NCBI GenBank assembly: GCA_028534125.1
Contig: CM052818.1
Location: 23,004,001 to 23,068,000, forward strand
Direction of reading: 5' to 3'
Length of the DNA stretch: 64,000 bases
DNA from: Lama glama
Lineage: Eukaryota
The translations under genes were made by a program, and so were the position numbers. Position 1 is the first letter of the stretch. The number at the start of each line of letters is the position of its first letter. Shown piece after piece: positions 53,641 to 64,000 of this stretch. The notes below the pieces were generated by a model, which did not search any database, was not told the origin of the DNA, and was given only the letters and a program-made list of their open reading frames with translations.

Positions 53641-56600
53641 GAAGAGTCTGTAATGGGATAGGAAAAAGAACATTGGACTCCATCAGAAAAATCTGAGTTC
53701 AAGTGGAGAAAATGGTTAGGATCTAAGAAAAAAACCTGAACACAAAATTATATCTATAGTATAATTTTAACTGTGTAAACAAGTAGGCATAGGAAAAGAC
53801 TAAAAACAAGTACATCAACATGTTAACATCAGTTGCTTATAGATAAACTAGAAAAAAGGCAATTTGTTTTTGTCTTCTTTTGTATTGTGTTCTCATTGGA
53901 TACAAACCTGACAAATTAGGCTTCCCACCCCACTCCCCACCAAAAAAAAAAGAAAAAAGAAAAAAGAAAAAGAAAAGAAAAATCTGGATTCTAACAGTCT
54001 TTTTTAAAAACTGCAAACTCTCTGACCCTTAGTTTTCTCATCTATGAAAGGAGAATAATTTCTTCTCTCCCAAGGTTAGCATGCAGATTAAATGAGATAA
54101 AGCTTTTTGTAAACTATAAAGCAATATGCAAAGTGAAGGCATTATACTAGTCTGAGACAGCTAAAAACCAAAGGACAAAAGATCACACACAGACACAGAA
54201 ATATAGTATAGATTTCGGATTTTCCACACAGAGGTAGTAGCTGATTAAGTAGATTATTTCCTTAGACTTTTTAAAAGTTCAGAATCAATCTATCTTAAAA
54301 TCAAAATACTCTTCTCAAATTTCTTATGAACAAATTATTGAAGTTTTACATGCAATAGAAATAGACTCGTGCATAAAATTAACATACTACTTGTTCTACA
54401 TGCCATTCAAACTTAAACACAAAGCAGAAGAGATCCAAGTAATATCATTCTCTAATATTTGGACTGCTAAACAAATTATTTCACGGTTTTAAAAAGCCAG
54501 GATCTATAGAGATAAATTTAGCAATCTCCAAATGTCATCTCAAAAGTTACAGGCTTGATACATGGCACTGCATTCTAAACGGTGCTTCTCCTTTCAACTC
54601 CCATTTCTCTTGCTTTACTTAAGCTTCACTATCTCTAGATATGTATTTAAAACCAGATAGTAAGCTCCTGAAGGGCAAGAAGCATGTCACAAAACAGGTA
54701 TTAATCCACGTACGTGTCAAGAAATACTCCAGCTTATTTATGTTATAAATACTGTAGTAATCATTTAAGAGTTACTACTCATGTCATACCATATATTAGT
54801 AAGCTTATCTTGAGCCCTTCAAGAGACAACCAGTAAGAAATTAAAAGTTAAGAAAAAAATTCTCCAAGTAATGTTATTACATGAGGAACATTTTATATGA
54901 ATAAACATAAAAATGCTTTAGACCAGATTAATATTTAAAAATCATGCACTACATAGTTCCTTTAAGAAACCAAGCGTACAGCTGAGATGAGAAATGATAG
55001 TTCTATACTGTGATGTTAAAGATTGTTTTCTTAAAATATTTCATAAATTGAAGCATACTACTACTGCACTGAGAATGTTATGTTTCTTATACTAACTCTA
55101 CAATTTCATTCATTACAGTTTTTCCTTAAAAAGAAGTTTTGGAGTTTTGTTTTGCTTTTAAACTTTGGAGCCGAAAAAGTTAAAACTGACATGGTTAACT
55201 GTACGCTTTCTTTAAAGCATAAACACTGACTAAACTTGTAGGCTAATTCCAAGTCTTAAAACTAAAATCTTTATTATGAAAAAGATATGCTAAAAAAACT
55301 AAGCATGAGATGCACCTAACCCCTTTCTAATGAAAATCAACTAGAAAAGCTGTGTCAATGGTTTCTCACTTTTGTACGCAGATCTGAGATTTAAAATATA
55401 TACTGCATATACATTTTCTATGTGTATGTATATGTATATACTGATCTGGAGGCAGGACATCAAGACAGATTGTTTAGGGTACCTTCCCCTCACTAAGTTA
55501 AAAAAAGTTTTGATCCTAAAATGCTGCCTTTTTAAATTACCAAAATTCAGAAACTAAAACATACTACACTTAAAGAAAATTCTAGAGTACAAGCACCTGC
55601 CAGCCAAATTGCCTGAAATTCATCAGCTGCAGAGATTAAAAGCATCCTTTACTTGTTTTCAGGTAAAACAAAAGTAATACAACAGGTATATAACTTCAAT
55701 GTGGCATATGTAACAAAGCCAATCACCTAAAATTCCTCTCAATTTCAAAACCACTACACAGCTTTAGCTGCCATTAGACATCTTATAAAATGCACGTAAT
55801 AGTGTTTTCCTTATCTAAACACTCAACAATCAAGGGTACAGTTTGAATTTCAAAAGTTTTTCACTTTACAAAATGATGCACCATAAGATCCCTTTAAATA
55901 ATCAGCTTTTCTAGAATCATTCTATTTATAAAGCACTCAGCTTTTCTGCTTATAAAAATGTAATTTTCTCATTTTTTCCCCAAGAACCCATCTAGTATAT
56001 AAAAGAAGATACACATGTACACTTCCTTGAGAATAAACACTTTCAATACTTATGACCCCAGAAGAACTTCACGTTTTGAATTCTTGTTTGGTTAAAAAAA
56101 AAGTTTTTTTAACATCTCCTAGAATACAAGAGCTTGCCTTTACATTCACGGCTCTCTTGATAAAATAAAGATCAATGCAACTGTAAGCTCTAGACTAATG
56201 AACTGCAGGAGCAGAAACAAGCAATTTGGCAAGAGCGAGCAAAGCTCTGCTTAAAGACTACCAGTAAAATATACCAGCATTACCCTTCCCCCACCCCCAA
56301 CCCTTTAAGGTTTCAATTAAGTTGGGGCCTAGTTTGACTCTTTCAAGGGGGACAGAAAGAGAAAGCACAGAGCTCCTGCTGAGAAGTATCTTCATCAAGA
56401 GCAGCTCCAGAAATATAGTCAGGAACCATTTCTTTCCCTCAGTGCTGACACAGGCTCTTTAGAGACAGGCATTTCCCCTTCTGATCAATATCACATTTTG
56501 AAAAAGGAAGTCTCATCAAGATACCACCCAAGGATGGCATCAAAAGAATAAAAAAATTATCAAATGAAAAAAACAAATTCAACATCAGGGTCAGCTATAA

Positions 56601-58578
56601 CGCTCTTTATGAAAAGTGGGAGCCCCAACTAAAATTCATCTTCATCTTTCAGCTTCTCCTGTCAGTTGCTTCATGAATTGGGTAAGAAGGGATAAAGTCA
56701 TTTAACAAGGCACATCCACTGTTTCAAAATAAACCTAAATGCCCCCAATTAGTGAGAAAGACTCCCACAAAACGCTTACAGAAGATGAAGCTTTGATGAG
56801 CCTTCTCAAGTCCTCAGAATCATCAGGGAAGAAGTAAAAGCTGATTCTAATTTAAGTAGTGATCCTACCATTCTTACAGGCTGAGGAGTCAACAGTGCAG
56901 ATATCTCAGTCCCCCAACACCCCTCAAGACACTCAGTTTTTTGCCCTAGTGTATGATTACCTCTTTGTAAACAAAGGACAAGTCTTTCAGTTCAGTCAGA
57001 TTAGCGAATAAATCCAGGCACAAGGCTAAAAAAACAGTGAAAAGTTGATGCCTCTTTAAAAGGAGCCCAAGAATGAAACAACTTCACTATGTAAGGAATT
57101 ATAAGACATCAAAGGTTAGATAATGGACAACAGGTGCCTTTGGGGAGGAAAGAGAAACACTCAGTTGCCTCCTATTTTAGGATTTCCACTCTCAAAGTCC
57201 TCGAGAGTGAGAGTGTGTGTGTGTGTGTTTTCTTCCCAAAGAAAGGGCCCAAATTATTGGTTTCATTATTTAATACCCATAATGGGTCCATTGCTCTTTG
57301 ACTTACTTTTTTACTTTAGATTAGAAAAAACCCATCTAATCCCAGTATGTCTGAATAAAATATGGCCTATAGCCAGATCATGCACTGAGCCATGAACATA
57401 AACCAACTAGGAATTTATTATAAAGAAATGCAAAAGAAAGGTGTCTGAATACAAGCTACCTCCACATAAAATACTCAAAATACAAATCTAGCAGCAGGTA
57501 TCACATAACTGCAGTATCAGCCAAAGCAGAAACTCCTTCTCTCACCGTTAACAGTTGAGCTCAATCTTTACAGTAACCAGATTCCAATGGCCTCTCAAAG
57601 AATAGTAATTCCAGACACAGATTACAGGGCACTGAGTGCCAGCCTCGAGTTCTGATCCCCTTACCCAGTTACAAAATTTACTATCTTTGGGTGAAAGGGG
57701 ACACTGAAAGCATACTTCTGCCTACTCACTCAATAACCTCTTCCCTTTCTCCATTCCACAAAGACAACATATTCCAAAAATGGAGAATCCTCTCTTTCCC
57801 GGACAGAGGCCCCCTTTTCTATGGATTCACTGGGCAGGATTACTTCTCCCCAGCATGCTTGCAGCGCCAGAAAATACTTCTGCTTTCACTCCTCTCTTAA
57901 AGAGGGTCCCCTAACACAGATGCACCTCTTCCTTTCCTGTATTAAGCAAATGATGCTTCAGTGCTTCTGGTTCTCTCCACTACTGCAAAACGTTCACAGA
58001 AGTGGAAGGAGTCAAGGGAAGTTGTCAGTTACGCTGACAGATACTTAAAAGAAGACTCCAAACGCACAGTGAAGACAGGAGGGGGGGTGCCCCCTTCCCG
58101 AAGAGGGAATGGGGGTCCCTACCCTAAAAGGGAGCCTCTGCGTGGGTAAGGGGTGTCCCTACCCTGAAAGAGAGCTCGGTATGTGGGAGGGGGGAGGAAT
58201 GTTGTACCCAGAAGAGAGCTCAGGGCTTGAGAAAGGGGTGTCCTAACCCTGAAGGTGCGGGGAGCCGTCAGAGTATGGGGAGGGGCGTACCAGATACAGG
58301 GGGCCTCTCTGAGAGAAGGGGTTCCCACTTTGGGGAAGAAGGGCCCCGCACTGAAGGGGACGCTGGGAGGGAAGGAGGGTCTTGCAGAGGAGGTCTGGCA
58401 TGGGGGAGGGGTTCTGAGTCCTCCGGAGCCCGCTGAGGGGCGGCAGGCTCGAGGGGAACATGTGCACTGAAACTGCTGCCATCCCGAGGGGCAGGGTGGA
58501 GAGCAGGCCTGGGCCGCGTGTGCAGGGAACAAGATTCCCACCCTGCGCAGGAGACGGAGGACTCGCAGCCGTACTCAC

Positions 58579-58603
58579 CGAGGCTGCCGGCGAAACCGTC
58601 CAT
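58579..58603 (-). CDS. EML4: EML4 exon 1 coding part (MDGFAGSL + first base of D9)
   Basis: The minus strand reads cgcaagATGGACGGTTTCGCCGGCAGCCTCG|gtgagt. It has a strong Kozak context, 25 coding nt and a consensus phase-1 donor. The peptide is the known EML4 N-terminus and lies within the CpG island. Confidence 0.97.
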
Positions 58604-58880
58604 CTTGCGGGGAAAGCGCCGGGCTCCGGGCTCAGCGGGGCGGGCACTTCATTCAGCGGACCGACTAGGGTGGCCGACGCTGAGCCTGACCCGCTCGCTG
58701 TTTAGGTCGCCCGGCTTCGGCTCCCACCTCCCGCCTCCGTCGTCCGTCCGTCCGCCCCGGGGCAGTCAGCCACGGCCGTCCGGGCCACTTCCCCGTCAGG
58801 TTGAGAGCCGCGCCGCTCCGCCGCCTGCCCGGCCTCCCTCCCAGACAGCAGCCGCGAGCGCCGCGCCACGCCCCGCCCCC
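58604..58880 (-). other. EML4: EML4 exon 1 5' UTR (TSS approximate)
   Basis: GC-rich sequence directly upstream of the ATG that resembles the human EML4 mRNA leader as recalled. The upstream boundary is estimated from the position of the GC boxes. Confidence 0.7.
58632..58652 (-). other. uORF (MKCPPR*) in EML4 5' UTR
   Basis: ATG AAG TGC CCG CCC CGC TGA on the minus strand, ending 28 nt upstream of the main ATG. Confidence 0.7.
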
Positions 58881-59699
58881 GCGCCCGCGCGCAGCGGTAG
58901 CCCCGCCCCCGCGCACGCCGTCACGCTTCCGACTCCGCCTCCCACGTGATGATCCGGAGGCGGGGTTTTCCCTACTCTTCCCTCTCACCTTGCCTCCGCC
59001 TCGGATTCCGCCCCCTTCGCCAGGGCGGGAGGCTGCGCTTGCGCGGTGGGCCTGCTGAGGGCCTGGGACTTGAGTCCTGAAACTGATTCCGAAATGTGTG
59101 GGCATCAGGCGTTACTTTCGGCCTAGGATCCTCAGCAGAGTCTAGGGACTCTATCCTGCAGCCCCTGGGGAATCCGAGGAGGTGCATCGGAGCCCCCAGA
59201 CAGGAGATGGTCACCCTTGTGTTTTAGAAGGACACTAAAGAGGCAACCAGTTTCAGGGAAGAATCCGTACTTCTGGGATATCCCTTTGCCCCAGTAGAGT
59301 GAGGGAGAAACGAGGGAAAGTCTTCTTGGCTAGCTCAAGGCCACCACTGCCACAGCCGCAGGGCCCAAGACAGACCAGAAGCAAGGAATGTTACTGCTGG
59401 ATAGGATCTAAGAGTTGATCTTGCCTCCCCTTCAGGGGGCATACTGAGCCATAGAAAAGACAGACATGACCTGCTCAAAGTCATGGAACCTGGTAGAAGC
59501 AGAGCTAGAACCCAGACTTCCTTACTCGCCTTGGGGTTATTTCCACCAGGGATGTGTATTGACCCCTTACAGGGCAGATCATATTATTAGGTAGTTTAGA
59601 TAGACATGAACACTGGGCAGGGGGAGAGGACAGGGAAAGGAACAATTCAGAAATTTTTACTTTCTCTAAATGAGGGTCAGTAAAAGAAGTCAGTTAAAA

Positions 59700-60030
59700 T
59701 CAAAGAGCTGCAGCTGTGCCTGCGAGGGGGCCCTGGTATAACTTGACCCAATGAACCTACCCAAAAGCGGAGTGGCATGCCAGAGCGCAGGGAAGCTGAG
59801 TTGTCAATCAGTCAATCAATCACGAAACCAGGATATAAAAACAGGAGAAACAAAGAAACGGCGCCATTTTTCCTCTGTTGGATTGGCCCGCTCTCGATTC
59901 TCGATTCTCCGGAGGGTACCATCTTTCACTATTTTTTTTACTTCACTAATAAAAATCTTGCTTATATCATGCTTTTTGTCTCTCGTCAAAAATTCTTTTT
60001 GGGGGGGGTGACTAAGAACTGAGGTAATTC
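59700..60030 (+). mobile_element. Solo LTR, ERV1/MER4-group-like, divergent to EML4
   Basis: Ordered CCAAT (59748), TATAAAA (59834), CGCCATTTT (59862), AATAAA (59948) and a U5-like tract (aaaattcttttt...aagaactgagg). Exact ends and family are uncertain. Confidence 0.55.
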
Positions 60031-60769
60031 TTATTTTCCTTTTTCGGAAACTTGTAAGTATACACAGACTTCCTCTTCCTCCTCCCTTCCCCACCCACCT
60101 CTATTCTCCATCCTTCTAAAGACATTTCAGTGTTTTCCCAAGTCCTTCCTGGGACAGAGTTGTGTGGATCAGGATAATAGTAACAGGAGAAATGTAAGGT
60201 GCCCAGGAACTAAGTTGATCAATACAATCAAAAAGCTGAGTTACAAAAATGTATGAGTCATTCTAGACAGAGTTGCAGGAGAAGGAGAGAAACGGAAGAA
60301 GATGAGAAAAATGAAGCAGCAACTGTCATAATGAGAAGGACTTGGAGGAATTAGATGGTTGAAAGGACTGTTAACATTTTATCACTGTCTTGCAATATAC
60401 TTTGGTGCCTCTTTAAAAATATTCCCTAAAAATCTAAAATATTTTAAACTTCTTTTTTGGATATCAGACCCATGTGTCTTCTGAATACCATACTATGTAG
60501 AGACTGGTCGTAAGGCAGCCAAGATAAATTCAAGTTACAGACAAAATGGTGTCTAAAGTTTCCTCCTTCAAAATTAAATTATTTACCCATTGTTTCCTTT
60601 GCAATGGACATTTTCATATCTGTGAGTTTCTATCAAGTTTAATCCCTTAATATTTGAGATGTCCTCAGTTCTAACAGCTGCTCTTCAGTGACAGCATGCA
60701 TAACTCTTCGCCTGAGGTCAGTTAAAGGAATAAGAACTTGCATTGATATATGTGGATGTATTTTTAAGT

Positions 60770-61380
60770 TAAACTTTTTATTTTGAAATAATTATAGGTT
60801 CATATGTATTTGTTAGAAATACCCTTCACCCAGGTTCCTCCCAATAGTAATGTCTTACAAAACTATAGTATAATATCACAACCAGGATATTGACATTGAT
60901 ACAAAGATACAAAACATTCCATCATTTCCATGAACACAAGGATCCCTCAAGTTGTCTTTTATAGACACACCCATTTTCCTCCTGATACCACCCCCTCCTT
61001 CACTCCTGGCAACCACTAATCTGTATTCCATTTTTATAAATACAGTGGAATCATATTATGTGTAACAATTTGGGACTGGCTTTTTCCACTCAGCATAATT
61101 CTGTGGAGATTCATCCCTGTCATTGTGAGTAGTAATAGTTGTTCTTTTTATTGCTGAAAAGTATTCCATGGTCTGAATTATCACTGACCATTCACCTGCT
61201 GAAGGACGTTTGGGTTGTTTCCAGTTTGGTGCTACTATGTTTAAGGTTGCTATAAATGTTAATGTACAAGTATTTTTTCTGAACATTACTTTTCATTTCT
61301 CTGGGATACATACCCAGGAATTGGATAATTTGCTTGTATGGTAGCTGTACATTTAGCTTTTTAAGAAACTGCCAAAATTT
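60770..61380 (-). mobile_element. L1MB-type 3' end
   Basis: aaactttttattttgaaataatt...cctggcaaccactaatctg...gaaggacgtttgggttgtttccagttt. The ORF at 61056-61286 is an L1 ORF2 C-terminal remnant. Confidence 0.85.
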
Positions 61381-61489
61381 TTTTAAGAAGAATGTGATCC
61401 TTATGTTTTTCTTCCAGTTTTACTGAGATATAATTGACATACAGCATACGTATGTATATTTGAAAATATACATATGTATACATATAATA

Positions 61490-62947
61490 TGAGAGAAGGA
61501 TCCACATTTTGTGGGGCCCTTTAAATACAAACTAATACAAAAATTACAAATACAGAATTAGATTAAATGTATATTTATTTAGACTAAAAAAAGGAGTCAC
61601 AACAGATTACTCATTTTACGAGTTTAAATACTATAAACATTACAAAATTGAGAAATACGACATTTAATTAAATATCCAACATAACTTCAATACTTTTTTT
61701 CCTAAATTTCTTGGCTGCATATTATTTGATTACCTCAATTTTTTTTTTTTTGGCTTAGTAAATATCATTTACTGGCATCCTGCTATTTGACAAGTTTTGT
61801 ACCCAGGTACTTTGTATGCCTAACTCCATTTCAATGTCACAGCAAGCCTTTGGGATCAGTGCTATGAATATGACAGTAATTTTTTAAATAACTTTTTAAT
61901 TATGAGAACAATAGATAATTTAGTTTTTCCTCTAGCATGATTGATCACATTTGTCTTTATTACGATAGCTGGGATGCATAAAAAACCACTTCACACATAT
62001 CATACAATCTGTTGGTAATATTGTTTCAGGAATTTTGATTAATCCCATTTCATGTGATTCCCACTTAAAAAAAGAATAGAAACAAAATGTATGATGAATT
62101 TAAAATTATACCCACTGAGGGATAAACTGGGAGTTTGGCAGATACAAACTATTGTGTACAGAGTAAATAAACAGCAAAGTCCTCCTGTATAGCACAGGGA
62201 ATTATATTCAATGGCTTGTAGTAACCTGTAATGATAAAGAATATGTGTATATATATATATGTGTGTGTGTGTATAGCTGAATCACTATGCTGTACATCAG
62301 AAACCAATACAACATTGTAAATCAACTATACTTCAATTAAAAAGGGAAAAAATAAAATAAGCTACAAGAATAAACTGCCCCCCCCAAATTATACACACTG
62401 CATTACTGAGTATATTCCTGACAGGAGAGAACTTCCATTTTGGTTTGATACCAATGAGGACCAAATTCTCTACTTACAGTTATACATGACTGATGATTAG
62501 AAGAGTCTTCTCTAGACTAGCTTCTGGCTCTTGATGTTTCCAACTCTCTGTCTCCCATACTACCCACTTACTTCCAGTGCCAGCCATGTGTTCATATCAC
62601 GTTATGACCTCTAGCTCTGTACCTCCATGACAGGATGCCAGGTGAATCAGTGCAGAGGGTCATAGGAATATTCCTGGAATCTGTTGCTAGACAAAGACAG
62701 CCAGCAATAACTTAATTAAGTGACCGTAGCCCATGTAAGTATGTTTCATTAAGCCTAAAATTAAGTGTATCCCCAACTCAGCTTTCCCTTAGCCAGATAC
62801 CCAAAATATCCAGGGTCCCTCCAACACCATCTGACATAAAGGGAAATGTGATAAAGAGGAAATTGTAGTGGAAAGACACTTTCCTAGAGCCAGGGAAGAT
62901 TCTCCTAGAACTTTAGTTTCATTCACTTCATGATAAATCTGCCTCTG
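61490..62947. mobile_element. hAT-Tip100 (Zaphod/MER115-like) DNA transposon remnant carrying nested insertions
   Basis: Start ggatccacattttgtggggccc, end taaatctgcctctg, and internal ttcctctagcatgattgatc resemble the recalled consensus. Confidence 0.6.
62118..62385 (+). mobile_element. 5'-truncated cetartiodactyl L1 3' end with 15-bp TSD
   Basis: ctgtatagcacagggaattatattcaat...acaacattgtaaatcaactatacttcaattaaaaa. TSD aaattatac(c/a)cactg at 62103-62117 and 62386-62400. Confidence 0.88.
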
Positions 62948-63329
62948 TGTTAGTTACTTTTATTTTTGCAAAAGTAATCTGTGATCATCTTAACTAGTAA
63001 AGTCAACCAAAAGTTTATTAAAAACAAACAAAAAGGACAGGAAAAATGAAATAAATGTTCATTTAAAAATAGGACAAATTGGAGGAGAAAAACAGCAGTC
63101 ACTTATACACAGCAATTCCAGACTTCTGCTAGGATAGGTATTACGAAAGGTAAAGAAAGTTCTTTGCTTAAATACTACCCTTCTTTCCAAGGAACTCCCT
63201 TACCCACTGTACTCCATGACCCCTGGCTTTGCTGTTCAACAAGAAGAGGGTGTTGGGGAATATACCTTCCTTATAGGCTGCTCAGCTCACTTCCTACTAG
63301 TGCAAATATGGGATCCAAAGGTTACTTTC

Positions 63330-64000
63330 AACCCAAATAATCAAAGGAGTTCTTTGAGAACATAATTCCATCAAAAACTTGGTAGGTTTTTAATCTGTTT
63401 GCTTCCAGTAGGAACATGTGCCAATAACCACACCCAAGGTTCTTTCCTATACATGATTATGTCTTTGCTTTCTTTCCTCAGTTCCTCAGAAGACCATACT
63501 CTTAATTAGAGCTCTTCTGCGAGTCTGGGTCTAACTGGACCTTTGTTACTCAAAGGTTTTTAATATTTTGTTTCATCTCTCAGTGTCCCAAAGTAGTCAG
63601 CTTTCTAATCTTTTATCCCCCAAATTTCTGGACTTCTAACTCTTTTACTTCTGCTTACAAACTAGCCAGTTCTTGCTTGAGCTTTTTCATTTCTTGTAAT
63701 GCTTTACTAAAATTAGTAAAGAGTAGCCAACACACACTATCACTCTCTTCCCAGAACCTTCTTCTAGAGCTATAGGCTTACTAGGCAAGTAGTGTGCCAC
63801 CTTCTAAGTTGTCACAAGCAACAGTTGTAGCAAAGCTTTTGCTGTGACATAATAGAACTCTCCAGTATTCCAACTTCCAATATCTGTTTCCACACCATCC
63901 CTGACCAAACTGCAAATTCAAGGTCACATGTTTTAGGTTTTTTTTTTTTTCCTTAGAGCAGCATTCAACTTCAAGGCTCCATCTTCTGTATTAGTCAAGA
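63330..64000 (-). mobile_element. MaLR (MLT1) internal sequence and end of adjoining LTR
   Basis: The minus strand reads ...gactaataca|gaagatggagcc...tgctgctctaa...aaacctaaaacatgtg, the typical LTR/internal junction. Confidence 0.65.

Larger units (their letters stand above)
4723..58578 (-). other. EML4: EML4 intron 1 (53,856 bp, GT-AG, phase 1)
   Basis: Bounded by the gtgagt donor starting at 58578 and the tag acceptor ending at 4723. Confidence 0.93.
58420..59130. promoter_or_regulatory. CpG island / EML4 major promoter
   Basis: Dense CpG and high GC. GC boxes CCCCGCCCCC at 58871 and 58901, E-box CACGTG at 58943-58948, NF-kB-like GGGGTTTTCC at 58962-58971, NRF1-like TGCGCTTGCGC near 59034, and ETS-like CTTCCG near 58926. 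Confidence 0.92.

Noticed and set aside
58119..59214. Many overlapping 60-146 aa ORFs on both strands
   Set aside because: These are low-complexity Pro/Gly/Arg/Ala translations of a stop-poor CpG island. Only the first 25 nt of the 58268-58603 ORF are coding, and the rest is intron read-through.
1..64000. Prokaryotic-type systems (CRISPR, operons, defence loci) or NUMT/viral genes
   Set aside because: The sequence is mammalian intronic/promoter DNA, and I saw no such signatures.

Overview
This is mammalian genomic DNA. It is AT-rich and repeat-dense, with one CpG island. The tRNA-derived SINEs match the camelid Vic-1 type from memory, so the source is probably alpaca, llama or camel. The window holds the 5' end of EML4 (echinoderm microtubule-associated protein-like 4) on the minus strand. 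It contains the CpG-island promoter and exon 1 (coding 58603-58579, MDGFAGSL), a ~53.9 kb intron 1, exon 2 (4722-4540, the trimerisation coiled coil) and the start of intron 2. The rest is mostly old and lineage-specific transposons (L1, L2, MIR, MaLR/ERV LTRs, hAT and Tigger DNA elements). The long ORFs in the supplied track are not real genes. The best finding is a 67-nt coding segment at 13217-13151 inside intron 1. It has a strong Kozak ATG, a phase-1 GT donor and an upstream TATA box. It would splice in frame to exon 2 and encodes MEDSLPGLASVCGSSTLTNFCA, which aligns without gaps to the N-terminus of the paralog EML1. It is therefore a probable ancestral alternative first exon of EML4. 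Other notable items are a TSD-bounded ~400 bp L1 made of only its 5' and 3' ends (probably spliced), a CpG-retaining solo LTR that could act as a divergent promoter, and an ORF1-terminated polyadenylated L1 insertion. Repeat family names and comparisons to human proteins are from memory, no searches were run, and repeat boundaries are approximate.
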